NCBI GenBank assembly: GCA_963699345.1
Contig: CAVOTL010000007.1
Span: 389,352 to 453,351 of the forward strand
Length of the DNA stretch: 64,000 nucleotides
Origin: an uncultured Acidimicrobiaceae bacterium
Lineage (GTDB): Bacteria; Actinomycetota; Acidimicrobiia; Acidimicrobiales; RAAP-2
Reading direction: 5' to 3'
The translations under genes were made by a program, and so were the position numbers. The notes below the pieces were generated by a model. That model did no database searches. It saw only the letters and a program-made list of their open reading frames with translations, and was not told where the DNA came from. This document shows, in pieces, positions 20,928 through 31,263 of the stretch. Position 1 is the first letter of the stretch. Each line of letters opens with the position of its first letter.

Positions 20928-23389
20928 GTGACACGCGTCCGCGACGCCTTGACCGGCAGGCGCTTCTTCATCACCGGCGCCACCGGGTTCCTCGGAACGG
21001 CCCTGGTCGAGCGCATCCTCCGCAGCGTGCCCGACAGCCAGGTGGTGCTCCTGATCCGGCCGGGCCGGCGGGCGACCCCTCTCCAGCGGGCGACCAAGGA
21101 GATCCTGAAGAACGACTGCTTCGACCGCCTGCGCGAGGAGTTGGGCGACGGGTTCGACGCCGCCATGACCGCCCGGGTGTCCGCCGTCGCGGGGGACGTG
21201 GCGACCGACGGTCTCGGACTCGACGCCGACGGGCTCGAGGCACTGTCGCACTGCGACATCGTCGTGCATTCGGCGGCCAGCGTGAGCTTCGACTCGCCAC
21301 TCGACGCCGCCGTGGAGGTCAACCTGCTCGGCCCGTCCCGCGTGGCCGCCGCCGTGGTCGAGGCCCGGGCCCTCGCCCGAGGCCGACGGGCGCACCGGGC
21401 CGGTCCACTACCTGCCGGTGTCCACCGCCTACGTCGCCAGCACCCACCAGGGCGAGGCGAAAGAGGAGCTCCTCGACGCCAATCCGTTCAGCATCGAGGT
21501 CGACTGGCGCCAGGAGGTGACCGCCGCCCGGCGCCAGCGTGGCGACACCGAGGCCGAGTCCCGCCGCCCCGAACGGCTGGCCGGATTCCACTCGGCGGCC
21601 CGCGAGGAGCTCGGAGGGGCCGGACTGCACCTGTTGGCCGAGCGGGCCGAACGGCTCCGCGAGGACTGGGTGAAGAAGCAGATGGTCGAGATCGGGCAGG
21701 CCCGCGCCCAGTCCCTCGGCTGGCCCGACGCCTACCCCTACACCAAGGCGCTCGGCGAGCGCGCCCTGGTGGGCCAGTTCGGCGACGTCCTCCCGCTCAC
21801 CATCATCCGACCGTCGATCATCGAGTCGGCCCTGGCCGAGCCCCGCCCCGGTTGGATCCGGGGCTTCCGGATGGCCGAGCCGATCATCATCTCCTACGCC
21901 CGCGGACTGCTCCGGGAGTTTCCGGGGGTACCCGAAGGCGTCACCGACGTGATCCCGGTGGACCTGGTGGTGGCGGCGATCATCGCCGTGGCCGGCGAGG
22001 CCCTGCTGACCGCCGACAGCGACGATCCGGCCGACGCCTACGCCGGGCCGTCCGTGTACCACGTCGCCTCCGGGGTGCGGAACCCGTTCCGCTACGGCCG
22101 CCTGGTGGAGCTGGTCACCGCGTGGTTCCAGGAGCACCCCCTCTACGACCAGGACGGGCAACCCATCGTGGTGCCCGAGTGGTCGTTCCCCGGCCGGGGC
22201 CGCGTCCAACGCCAACTGACCCGGGCCTCCAAGGCCATGTCGCTGGCCGAGCGGGTGGTCGGGTCGCTCCCCATCCGGGGCAAGCGGGCCGAGTGGATGG
22301 CCGCCCTCGAGGAGCAGCACCTGCTGGCCGACCGGGCGCTCGGTTACGTCGAGCTCTACGGCGCCTACACCGAGACCGACGCCCTGTACCGGGTCGACCG
22401 GCTGCTGGCGCTGTGGGACCGGATGGACGACGACGACCGGGCCACCTTCTGCCTCGACCCGGCGGCCATCGACTGGGCCACCTACGTGCGCGAGATCCAC
22501 CTCCCGTCGATCATCGAGCACGCCCGGGTCCGCACCTCCCCGGGCAAGTCGATCAAGACCAACCGGGCCGACCGGGCGAGGAAGAACATCCTCTCCCCCG
22601 ACCGGCACCTCGCCGCCTTCGACCTCGAGAACACCCTCATCGCCTCGAACGTGGTCGACTCCTACGCCTGGTTGGCCTCGCGTCATCTGCCGCCGGCCGA
22701 ACGGGCCGCCTTCCTCGCCGACCTCCTGGCCGAGGCGCCGTCGCTGCTGGCCCTCGACCGCCGCGACCGGGGCGACTTCCTGCGCTCCTTCTACCGCCGG
22801 TACGAAGGTGCTCCCGCCGCCCGACTGCGGGACGACGGATGGGACCTCTTCCACCACCTCCTCCTCGCCAAGTCCTTCCCGGCGGGCATCGCCCGGGTGC
22901 GGGCCCACCAGGCGCTCGGGCACCGCACGATCCTCATCACCGGGGCGCTCGACTTCGTGGTCGAGCCCTTCCGCCCGCTCTTCGACGAGATCGTCTGCGC
23001 CGAACTCGGGGTCGAGGACGGCGCCTTCACGGGCCGGCTCGAGACCCTGCCGCCCATCGGCGAGGCCCGGGCCCTGGTCCTGGCCGACTACGCCGAGTCC
23101 GAGGGCCTGCGCCTCGAGGAGTCCATGGCCTACGCCGACTCGGCCAGCGATCTCCCCATGCTGGAGGCCGTCGGGTTCCCGGTGGCCGTCAATCCCGAGG
23201 CCAAGCTGGCCGCCATCGCCCGGCGACGGGGCTGGCACGTCGAGAACTGGCACAAGGCGGACGGACGACAGCCAGCCCCTGCTCCCGCTCGGGCCGATCG
23301 ACCGTCGGGGGGCCTCCCGACGGGGCCGGACCAGCCCGGCGGCGTTGGCCGGCCAGACGCGACGCACGGCGGCGGAGGCGGGACGATGA
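20928..23389 (+). CDS. fatty acyl-CoA reductase (NAD-binding, male-sterility type) fused to a HAD-IB (SerB-like) hydrolase domain; frameshift at 21376-21378 and probably another near the 3' end
   Basis: FITGATGFLGTALVERIL.. in frame of 20928. ..YPYTKALGERAL.., FDLENTLI, AYADSASDLPML in frame of 21418. The frame of 22808..23389 ends in an ATGA overlap with the next gene. Confidence 0.75.
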
Positions 23390-24624
23390 AGGCCCTCGTG
23401 GTCGAGCGCAACCTGCCCCGGTTCGCCGCGTCCCGGGTGGCATCGCTCCTCGGCTCGGGCCGGGGCGCAGGCATCGGACCGCTCCAGCTGCTCGACGCGG
23501 AGGCACCCGATCGACCGGGCGACGACTGGTACCCGCTGCGCCCGCTGCTGTCGGGCATCTGCGGCTCCGACCTCGCCACCCTCGACGGCCGGGCGTCGCG
23601 CTACTTCGACGACATGGTCAGCTTCCCCTTCGTCCCCGGCCACGAGGTGGTCGGCGTCCTCGACGACGGCGGCACCGACCATGCCGGCCGGGCCCTCGCC
23701 CCGGGCAGCCGCGCCGTGATCGAGCCGGTGCTCGGCTGCGCCACGCGGCACATCCGACCGCTCTGTCCCCAGTGCGGAGCCGGGCACACCGGACTCTGCG
23801 GCAACCTGGCGGCGGGCGGACTCGAGCCCGGACTCCAGACCGGCTACTGCGCCGACACCGGCGGCGGCTGGTCGACCGCCCCGCTGATGGCCCACGCCAG
23901 CCAGCTCCATGCCGTTCCCGACGACCTGTCCGACGAGGACGCCGTCCTGATCGAGCCGACGGCCTGCGCGGTGCACGCCGCCCTGTCGGCGCACGTGACC
24001 GGCGGTGACCTGGTGGCCGTGGTCGGCGCCGGCACGCTCGGGCTCACCACGGTGGCCGCCCTGCACGAGATCGTCCGTCCGGCGACGCCCTGCACCGTGG
24101 TGGTCGGGGCCAAGCACCCCCGCCAGCGCGACCTGGCCACCGCCCTCGGGGCGGACCACGTGGTGCCACCGGAGCAGATGGCCCGGGCCGTGCGACGCCA
24201 CGCCGGGTCGATGGTGCTCTCGGGACAGCTGACCGGTGGGGCCGACGTGGTCTTCGACTGCGTGGGCAGCGCCGCCTCGATCTCCGAGTCACTGGCCCTG
24301 GTGCGCCCGCGGGGCCGTGTCGTGCTCGTCGGCATGCCGGGCAAGGTGTCGGTCGACCTCGCCCCGCTCTGGCACCGGGAACTCACCCTGGTCGGCACCT
24401 ACGCCTACGGCAACGAGATGCCCCCGGGCCCGGACGCCCCCGAGCGCCGCAGCTTCGAACTGGCCATCGACCTGGTGGGCACGGCCTCGCTCGGACGCCT
24501 GGTCTCCGCCCGCTATCCCCTCGAGCGCTACGAGGAGGCCCTGGCCCACGCCGGGGCCGCCGGCCGCCGGGGTGCGGTCAAGGTGGCCTTCGACCTCCGC
24601 AACCCGAAAGGACGCTCGCGATGA
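23386..24624 (+). CDS. zinc-dependent alcohol dehydrogenase (MDR family)
   Basis: MKALVVERN.., GICGSDL, PGHEVVG, CPQCGAGHTGLC, VVGAGTLGL. Uninterrupted in the frame of ORF 21418..24624. Confidence 0.85.
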   Translation: MKALVVERNLPRFAASRVASLLGSGRGAGIGPLQLLDAEAPDRPGDDWYPLRPLLSGICGSDLATLDGRASRYFDDMVSFPFVPGHEVVGVLDDGGTDHAGRALAPGSRAVIEPVLGCATRHIRPLCPQCGAGHTGLCGNLAAGGLEPGLQTGYCADTGGGWSTAPLMAHASQLHAVPDDLSDEDAVLIEPTACAVHAALSAHVTGGDLVAVVGAGTLGLTTVAALHEIVRPATPCTVVVGAKHPRQRDLATALGADHVVPPEQMARAVRRHAGSMVLSGQLTGGADVVFDCVGSAASISESLALVRPRGRVVLVGMPGKVSVDLAPLWHRELTLVGTYAYGNEMPPGPDAPERRSFELAIDLVGTASLGRLVSARYPLERYEEALAHAGAAGRRGAVKVAFDLRNPKGRSR

Positions 24625-26211
24625 GCCCCAGGCCCGGATTCGTGCTCGACGTCGACAGTTCGACGCCACCCACCCTGTTCTGGCACGGGGAACGGTTCAG
24701 CCTGGAGAAGCTGCCCGAGGGGAGCCGGGTCGTCTACGCCCCCGAGCCGATCGACCCGCTGAGCGATCCCCAGGCCGCCATCCGCCATGCCCTCACCCAT
24801 CCCGAGGGGGACCAGGAGCCCCTGCCCGCGCTGTTGCGGGCCGGGATGAAGCTGACCATCGCCTTCGACGACATCTCGTTGCCGTTGCCCCCGATGGAGC
24901 GCCCGGACATCCGCCAGCTCGTGATCGAACAGGTCCTGGACATGGCGGCCGAGGCGGGTGTCGACGACGTCGAGTTGATCGTGGCCCTCGCCCTCCACCG
25001 GCGCATGACCGAGGCCGAGCTGCGCCACGCCATCGGCGACCGCGTCTACGACGCGTTCGCCCCGAACGGCCTGCTCACCCAACACGACGCCGAGGATCCC
25101 GACAACCTCCTCCACCTGGGTCTGACCGATCAGGGGGAGGACGTGGAGATCAACAAGCGGGCCGCCGAGTCCGACCTGCTCGTCTACGTGAACATCAACC
25201 TGGTGGCCATGGACGGGGGGCACAAGAGCGTGGCGACGGGGCTGGCCAGCTACAAGAGCCTGCGCCACCACCACAACCCCGAGACCATGCGGCACTCCAA
25301 GTCGTTCATGGACCAGCACCGCTCCGAACTGCACTCGGCCAACTGGCGCATGGGCCGCCTGATCAAGGAGTGCGGCGTCAACGTGTTCCAGATCGAGACG
25401 ACGCTCAACAACGACACCTTCCCGGGGGCGTTCGAGTTCCTGCAGAAGCGCGAGTGGGAGTGGAAGGTGAAGGACCGGCTCGGCTACGTGGCCGCCTCCA
25501 CCGCGCTCAACCGGGTCCCGGCCCACCAGGCCCGCCGGATCTTCCACTCGGTGCGGGCGCCACACCGGATGACCTCGGTGCAGGCCGGCGAGGTGGAGGC
25601 CGTGCACACCCTGACCACGGCCAACGTCTGGAAGCAGCAGGGCGTGGTGGTCGAGGGCCAGACCGACATCCTGACCATGGGCCTGCCCTACATCAGTCCC
25701 TACAACGTCAACTCGATCCTGAACCCGATCCTCGTCGCCTGCCTCGGCCTCGGCTACTTCTTCAACCTCTACCGCGGCCGGCCGCTCGTCCGCGAGGGCG
25801 GCGTCCTGATCATGACGCACCCCACCCCGTGGGAGTTCAACCCGGTCCACCACCCGAGCTACATCGACTTCTTCGAACAGGTGCTGAGCGAGACGACGGA
25901 CCCGACCGAGGTGGCCGAGCGCTTCGAGGAGGGCTTCGCCACCGACCCGTGGTACATCCACCTCTACCGCACGGGGCACGCCTACCACGGCGTCCACCCG
26001 TTCTACATGTGGTACTGGTGCGCCCACGCCCTGCAGCACCTCGGCGCCGTCGTCATCGTGGGCGGCGACCCCGAAGGCCGTCCACCGGCTCGGGTTCCGG
26101 GCCGCCTCCACCCTGGCCGACGCCCTGGAGATGGCCCGCGACGTGGTGGGGACCTCGCCCACCCTCACCCACCTCCACGCCCCACCGATCCTGATGGCCG
26201 ACGTCCAGTGA
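24621..26211 (+). CDS. LarA-like (lactate racemase N-terminal domain, DUF2088) protein; frameshift at C-run 26069-26072
   Basis: ATGA overlap with the ADH gene. ORF 24621..26273 carries most of the protein. The natural C-terminus KAVHRLGFRAASTLADALEMARDVVG..ILMADVQ* is in the next frame, ending at 26211. Confidence 0.75.
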
Positions 26212-26251
26212 GTCCGGCCGGTGCCCACGTCCGAGCCCGTCGGCGGCGGCG

Positions 26252-26283
26252 TCCGATGAGCAGGGTCCGATGAGCAGGGTCCG
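26252..26283 (+). repeat. 14-bp tandem duplication (TCCGATGAGCAGGG x2, plus a partial copy) spanning the acyltransferase start codon
   Basis: Read directly. The first ATG (26256) gives MSRVR*. The second ATG (26270) opens the gene. Confidence 0.85.
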
Positions 26284-27315
26284 CGACACCTCGAAGACGC
26301 TGCGCTCCCGCCGGGCCGTCCGCCACGACGCCGCCCTCGGCGACGACGCCCCCGGCGGCGGGACGCTCACCCTCGCTCCGTCCGGCGGACCTGGTCGCCC
26401 GGGCCGGTCGTAGGCGGTTCCCCCTGGCCGCGCCGACCTGGCCCGGTTCGGTCCCCCGACCCGCCCCCGAGCCCGAGCTGGGCGTCCACTACGACACGGC
26501 CTGGTCGCGGCGCTACCCCGTGCGACTGGCCCGGGCCGTGGTCCTCGACAACGTGACCCGACCCCTGGCCCGGGTCGCTGGCGTCGCCCCAGCTCCGGGG
26601 GGACGAGCAGCTGGTCGACCTCGAGGCGCCGGTCATCTTCGCGGCCAACCACGCCAGCCACGTCGACACCCCGCTGCTCCTGGCCTGCCTGCCCCTCCGG
26701 TTCCGGCACCGCACGGTGGTGGCGGCGGCGGCCGACTACTTCTTCGACCGACGTTGGAAAGCGGACGCCTTCTCGTTCCTGCTCGGCGCCATCCCCATCG
26801 AGCGGACCAAGGTCAACCGGCGCTCGGCCGACCTGGCCGCCGAACTGCTGGCCGACGACTGGAACCTGGTCATCTTCCCCGAGGGGGGCCGGTCGCCCGA
26901 CGGGTGGGCCCAGGAGTTCCGGGGTGGTGCCGCCTACCTGGCCTCCCGCACGGGTCGGCCGGTGGTGCCCGTCCACCTGGACGGCACCCGTCACATCCTG
27001 CCGAAGGGGGGCGGCTCGATCCGTCGCACCCGCACCACCGTCACCTTCGGGACCCCGCTGTGGCCGGCCGAGGGCGAGGACGCCCGGAAGTTCGGCGCCC
27101 GCATCGAGGCCGCCGTGGCCACGCTGGCCGACGAGTCCTCCACCGACTGGTGGACGGCGCGCCGGCAGGCCGCCGCCGGCACCACCCCGTCGCTCCAGGG
27201 GCCCGACCGTGGCCACCTGGCGGCGGTCCTGGGCCCTCGACGCCGCTCCCGACCGGGTCGAGGCCGTGGACGCCGAGGGCAACCAGTGGCCGAGGAAGTC
27301 GAAGAGCTGACCTGA
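26270..27315 (+). CDS. lysophospholipid/1-acyl-sn-glycerol-3-phosphate acyltransferase family (PlsC-like), several apparent frameshifts
   Basis: HX4D motif FAANHASHVD, then IFPEGGRSPDG in ORF 26716..27315. N-terminal pieces lie in two other frames (FPLAAPTWPG.., VRLARAVVLDN..). Confidence 0.7.
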
Positions 27316-27411
27316 TCCAGGCGGGCCGGAACCGCAGAGCCGACCCGACCCCGTCGATGGACACCTGGCGCACCGGTCGCTCACCGTCGGGTCGGCGTCA
27401 CCGGAGAAGGG

Positions 27412-28232
27412 TCAACGTCCCGGGAGCACCCGACGGGCCAGGTCCCGCCAGCCGGGACGTCCGCCGTCCGCGGCCTCGAGGCGCTCGGCCCGCAGCGCCA
27501 GCTCCTCGTGGTCGTCCAGCGGCTCCAGGGCGACGGCCGTGCCTTCGGGGGCCCCGGCGGGGGCGAGCGCCCAACCGAGGAGGACGTCGGCCAGCGCCGT
27601 ATTGCGGGCCAGCACGGGACCGTGGAGATAGGTGCCGAGCACCCGGTGCGACCAGGCCCCCTCGGTCCCGTCGCCGCCACCGTTGCCCACGCCCCGTTCG
27701 ACGCGGGCCAGCGGACGCGGACCGGGGTCCGACCACCGAGACCCCACCGTGGTTCTCGAACCCGGTGAGGCGGGGCAGCCGGTCACCCCGGGCCGTGCGC
27801 GGCGCCTCGGAGGTCGGGGTGGCCACCAGCTCCCCGACGGCCCGGGGCCCGGTGCCCTTCGTGGTGGTGAGGTCGAGGAGGCCGACACCCGGCTGGGGCC
27901 GATCGAGGTGGTCGGGGAACGTCGTGCCGATGAGCTGGAATCCGGCGCAGACGCCGAGCACCACCGCCCCCTCGGCCACCCGCTCGGCGAGGGTGCCGTC
28001 CTCGAGCAGTGTCGTGGCGGCCCGCACCTGGGGTCCGTCCTCCCCACCGCCCACGGTGTACAGGTCGGCCCGGGGCAGCGGCTCGGTCGGACGTGGCCTG
28101 GACCAGGTCGACGTCGATCCCGCGCCAGGCGGCCCGCCGGGCCAGCACCACCCCGTTCCCCCCGTCGCCGTAGGTGCCGAGCAGGTCCGGGTAGACCACG
28201 GCCACCACCAGTCGACGCCCGGCCTTGCTCAC
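27412..28232 (-). CDS. gatD: GatD, glutamine amidotransferase subunit of lipid II isoglutaminyl synthase (CobQ/GATase type); apparent frameshifts
   Basis: VSKAGRRLVVAVVYPDLLGTYGDGGN.., LGVCAGFQLIG, LGTYLHGPVLARN, found in three frames. The GTG start overlaps the murT stop (GTGA). Confidence 0.75.
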
Positions 28233-29554
28233 AGGGCCCGCCGCAGGTCGGCGAAGGCCGTGTAGTTGCCGAGGAACTCGATGGGGTCGACCGGACGGCT
28301 GCGCCGGCGGCGGCGTGGTCGATGGCGGCCAGCGGTCCGTCCACCACGGCATGGTCCACTCCGGCGTAGCGGAGCCGCACGCCGAGATCGAGGCGACGCT
28401 CACCGGTGGCCACCACGGCGCGGCCGACCAGCCGCTCGAAGGGGACGTCCCACAGCCACGACGTGTCGAAGCCGTCGGCCGTCCGGGCGTTGACCGACAG
28501 GACCACCGGGCCGGACGGGTCACCCGTCTCGTCCAAGAGGTCGAAGATCGCCGTCCATCCGGCGGGGTTCTTGGCCAACAGCAGTCGGACGGGACGGCCC
28601 GACCGGGTGATCGTCGAGAACCGCCCGGCCACCTCGGTGACGCCGTCGAGCCGACCGAGGGCGGTCTCCAGGCCTCCCTCGCCCCGCCGGTCGATCACGG
28701 CGGCGGCCGCCACGGCCGCCATCGCCGCGTTGGCCCGGTTGAACTGGCCGGGGAGTGCGATGGCCAGCCGGTGCCGGGACCCGTCGGCCAGGACCAGCTT
28801 CGTCCCCCACCACGTCGGCGGCCACCTCCGGACGGGCGAAATCGCAGCGGTCGCAGGCCCAGGCGCCGTCCCCGGCGAACTCGATCCGTCCCCCACAGGC
28901 CGGGCAGCCCACGGCGTCGTCGTGCCAGACCTGGCCCGCCCCCACCCACCGCACCTCGGGGGCCGGGGCCGCCGCCCAGGCCACCATCGGATCGTCGGCG
29001 TTGGCCACGACCAGCGTGGCGACGTCCCCGGTGCCACTCGACGCCAGCGCACCCAGGGCGGTCCGCCACCGGTCCACGAGCATGCGCACCTCGGCGATCC
29101 GGTCGAGCTGGTCGCGCGAGAGGTTCAACAGCACCACCACCTCGGGTGCGGTCTCGGTGATGCACCGACCGAGATAGCCCTCGTCGACCTCGAGCACCGC
29201 CACCGGTGCATCGGGGGCACCCACCAGCGCGGCGACGTGGCCGGCGGGCATGTTGGCGCCGGTGTCGTTGCTCACCACGGCCCCGCCGGCCGGGTCGGAC
29301 AGCGCGGCGGCCAGCAGCCGCGTCGTGGTGGTCTTGCCGTTGGTCCCGGTCACCAGGACGACGCGGCGGCCGGCGGCCGACGTGGCCAACAGTCCGGGGT
29401 CGACGAGCAGACCCACCCGACCCCCGGCCACGGTGCCGCTGCCCCGGCCGAGGGCCCGGGACATCCGGTTGACGACCGAGACGGCACCCGTGGCGAGGGA
29501 GGCCCGGGCCGAGCGCGGGGCGCCGGCGGGGGCCGGCAGGACGCGGACCGTCAC
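28229..29554 (-). CDS. murT: MurT, Mur-ligase-like subunit of lipid II isoglutaminyl synthase; apparent frameshifts
   Basis: VLVTGTNGKTTTTRLL, CPACGGRIEF..WACDRCDF, LLLAKNPAGW, DTSWLWDVPFE. The GTG 29554 start overlaps the upstream stop. Confidence 0.8.
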
Positions 29555-30937
29555 GCCGAGGGGCGCGTGGCGGCCAGTTCCTCGTCGGTGGGGACGTGGG
29601 CCTTCGCGGGCCTCGGCGGGCAGCAGGCCGGCCACGGTGTCCATCAACAGCCGGGTGTCGGCCACCGCATCGGTCAGCCCCAGCCGCACGCGGCGACCCC
29701 GACGGTGACGGTCACCCGGGGCGGATGCTGCAGGGTGGTCACGTTCGGCACCTTGGCGTTGCGGGGCCACACCTTCTCGGTGCCCCACACGCCGATGGGG
29801 ACGACCGGCGCACCCGTAGCGGCGGCCAGTCGGGCGGCCCCGGTCTTGCCGTGGAGCACGGGGTCGAAGAACGCCTCACCCCGGGGGATGGTGCCCTGGG
29901 GGAGCACGATCACCGCCTCGCCGGCGTGCAGGGCGGCCGTGGCCCGCTGCATCGGGTCATCGGATCCGCTGCCGCGGTCCACGGGGATGCCCCCGAGGGC
30001 CCGGGCCAACTGCCCGACCACCGGGGCGTCGAACAGCTCCTGTTTGCCCATGAACCGCACCGGGCGGCCCAGCCGGGCGGCCACCAGCGCGAGGGCGGCC
30101 ACGTCGAAGTAGCTGCGGTGGTTCGAGACCAGGATGACCGGGCCCTCGTGGGGCACGTGCTCGATGCCGTTGACGGTGAACCGCGGCGTAGGGGAAGGAC
30201 TCCGGCCGCACGAACGGTCGCAGCAGGTGGTAGGGCTCGAGTCCGACCACCGACGGGACGCCGGGCGGGCGGTCCCAGTGCTCGAGCGGCCACCGGCGGG
30301 CGAGGGCCACAGCCGGCGAGGCGGGGGTCGGCGTTCAGGGGGTGGGGGTGCCCGACGGCCCCGAGCAGGGGCAGGTCGAAGAAGCTGTCCGAGTAGGCGT
30401 GGCAGTCCGGAGGCCGATGTCCCGGGCGGTCGCCCACTCCCGGGCCGCGTCGCGCTTGTTGGTGCCCCATACGAAGCGTCCGACCAGGCGCCCGGTGAAG
30501 TTCCCGTCGATCTCCTGGTAGCGGGTGGCGATCACGTCGTCGAAGCCGAGGGCGGAGGCCAGCGGGTCGACCAGGTCGTGGGGGGACGTGGTGGCCAGCA
30601 CCAGCAGGCGGCCCTCGGCCCGGTGGGCGGCCAACTCCTCGAGCGCCCAGGGCTGGACGAGGTCGATCAACTCCTCGACGGCATCCGTCCCGGCCTTGCG
30701 CACCGACGCCGCGGGCCGGCCCTTCATCATGCGGGCCGCGGCCCGGGCGAGGCCCATGTGGGGCACCGTCTCGCCGAAGGCGTTGTAGAAGCCATAGAGG
30801 TACCGCTCACCGGGGAGCCGGCGGTCGGTCGCCAGAACGCCCTCGGCGACCATGGCGGCATGGAACACCGGCCCCGACGCCGAGCGGATCAGGGTGCGGT
30901 CGAGGTCGACGAAGACGGCACCGGGGGCGTCGGACAT
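29551..30937 (-). CDS. HAD-IB hydrolase / PlsC-type acyltransferase fusion protein; apparent frameshifts
   Basis: N-terminus MSDAPGAVFVDLDRTLI.. (ORF 30335..30946; ATG 30937 preceded by GAGGA). Acyltransferase half ILVSNHRSYFDV..VLPQGTIPRG (ORF 29674..30156). C-terminus ..LLPAEAREAHVPTDEELAATRPSA* was rebuilt across a shift at about 29598-29602. Confidence 0.7.
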
Positions 30938-31110
30938 GATCCTCAACCTACCGCCGGACGCCGATCGCCGGGAGCCTGGAACCGGCGTGCAGAACGGGTC
31001 GTCGGTTCCGGGAGCAGCTGTCCACTATCCGACCGCCCGCTGGCCGGCCACCCCTGGTCCCCACGGTCGCCCATGGCACTGGGCAGGGAAAACCACCCCT
31101 GGACGCGGCA

Positions 31111-31142
31111 AAGGGACCACCGGGGGGGAGAGGTGGTCCCTT
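31111..31142. other. perfect 11-bp stem / 10-nt G-rich loop hairpin in a divergent intergenic region
   Basis: AAGGGACCACC-gggggggaga-GGTGGTCCCTT. Neither flanking gene terminates here. Confidence 0.7.
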
Positions 31143-31177
31143 CGCACTGACTCAACGAGGAAAGGAGGGGGATTCCT

Positions 31178-31207
31178 ATGTCCTGTGGTCGTGCAGTCAA
31201 TGTATAA
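31178..31207 (+). other. 9-codon mini-ORF (MSCGRAVNV*) behind a strong Shine-Dalgarno sequence
   Basis: AAAGGAGGGGGA lies 6 nt before the ATG. The region is locally AT-rich and sits upstream of the LysR gene. Confidence 0.3.
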
Positions 31208-31240
31208 CGATCGCGAGCGATCAGTCAAGGCGTTTGTCTA

Positions 31241-31253
31241 GATACCTGGTATC
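31241..31253. promoter_or_regulatory. LysR-type T-N11-A-like palindrome GATACC-T-GGTATC
   Basis: Lies 10 nt upstream of ATG 31264. A second palindrome, GATCGCGAGCGATC, is at 31209-31222. Confidence 0.45.
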
Positions 31254-31263
31254 TTTATTGACG

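Noticed and set aside
21319-24201. 960-aa minus-strand ORF across the reductase/HAD/ADH genes. The same applies to 57882..58889 opposite GT4 and to most of 58938..61970 opposite glnD.
   Set aside because: These are stop-poor antisense frames of very GC-rich coding DNA. Composition is non-protein-like (runs of G, R, P, D, V, H), and the sense strand carries unambiguous conserved motifs. Only the last 67 codons of 58938..61970 were kept, as a small membrane protein.
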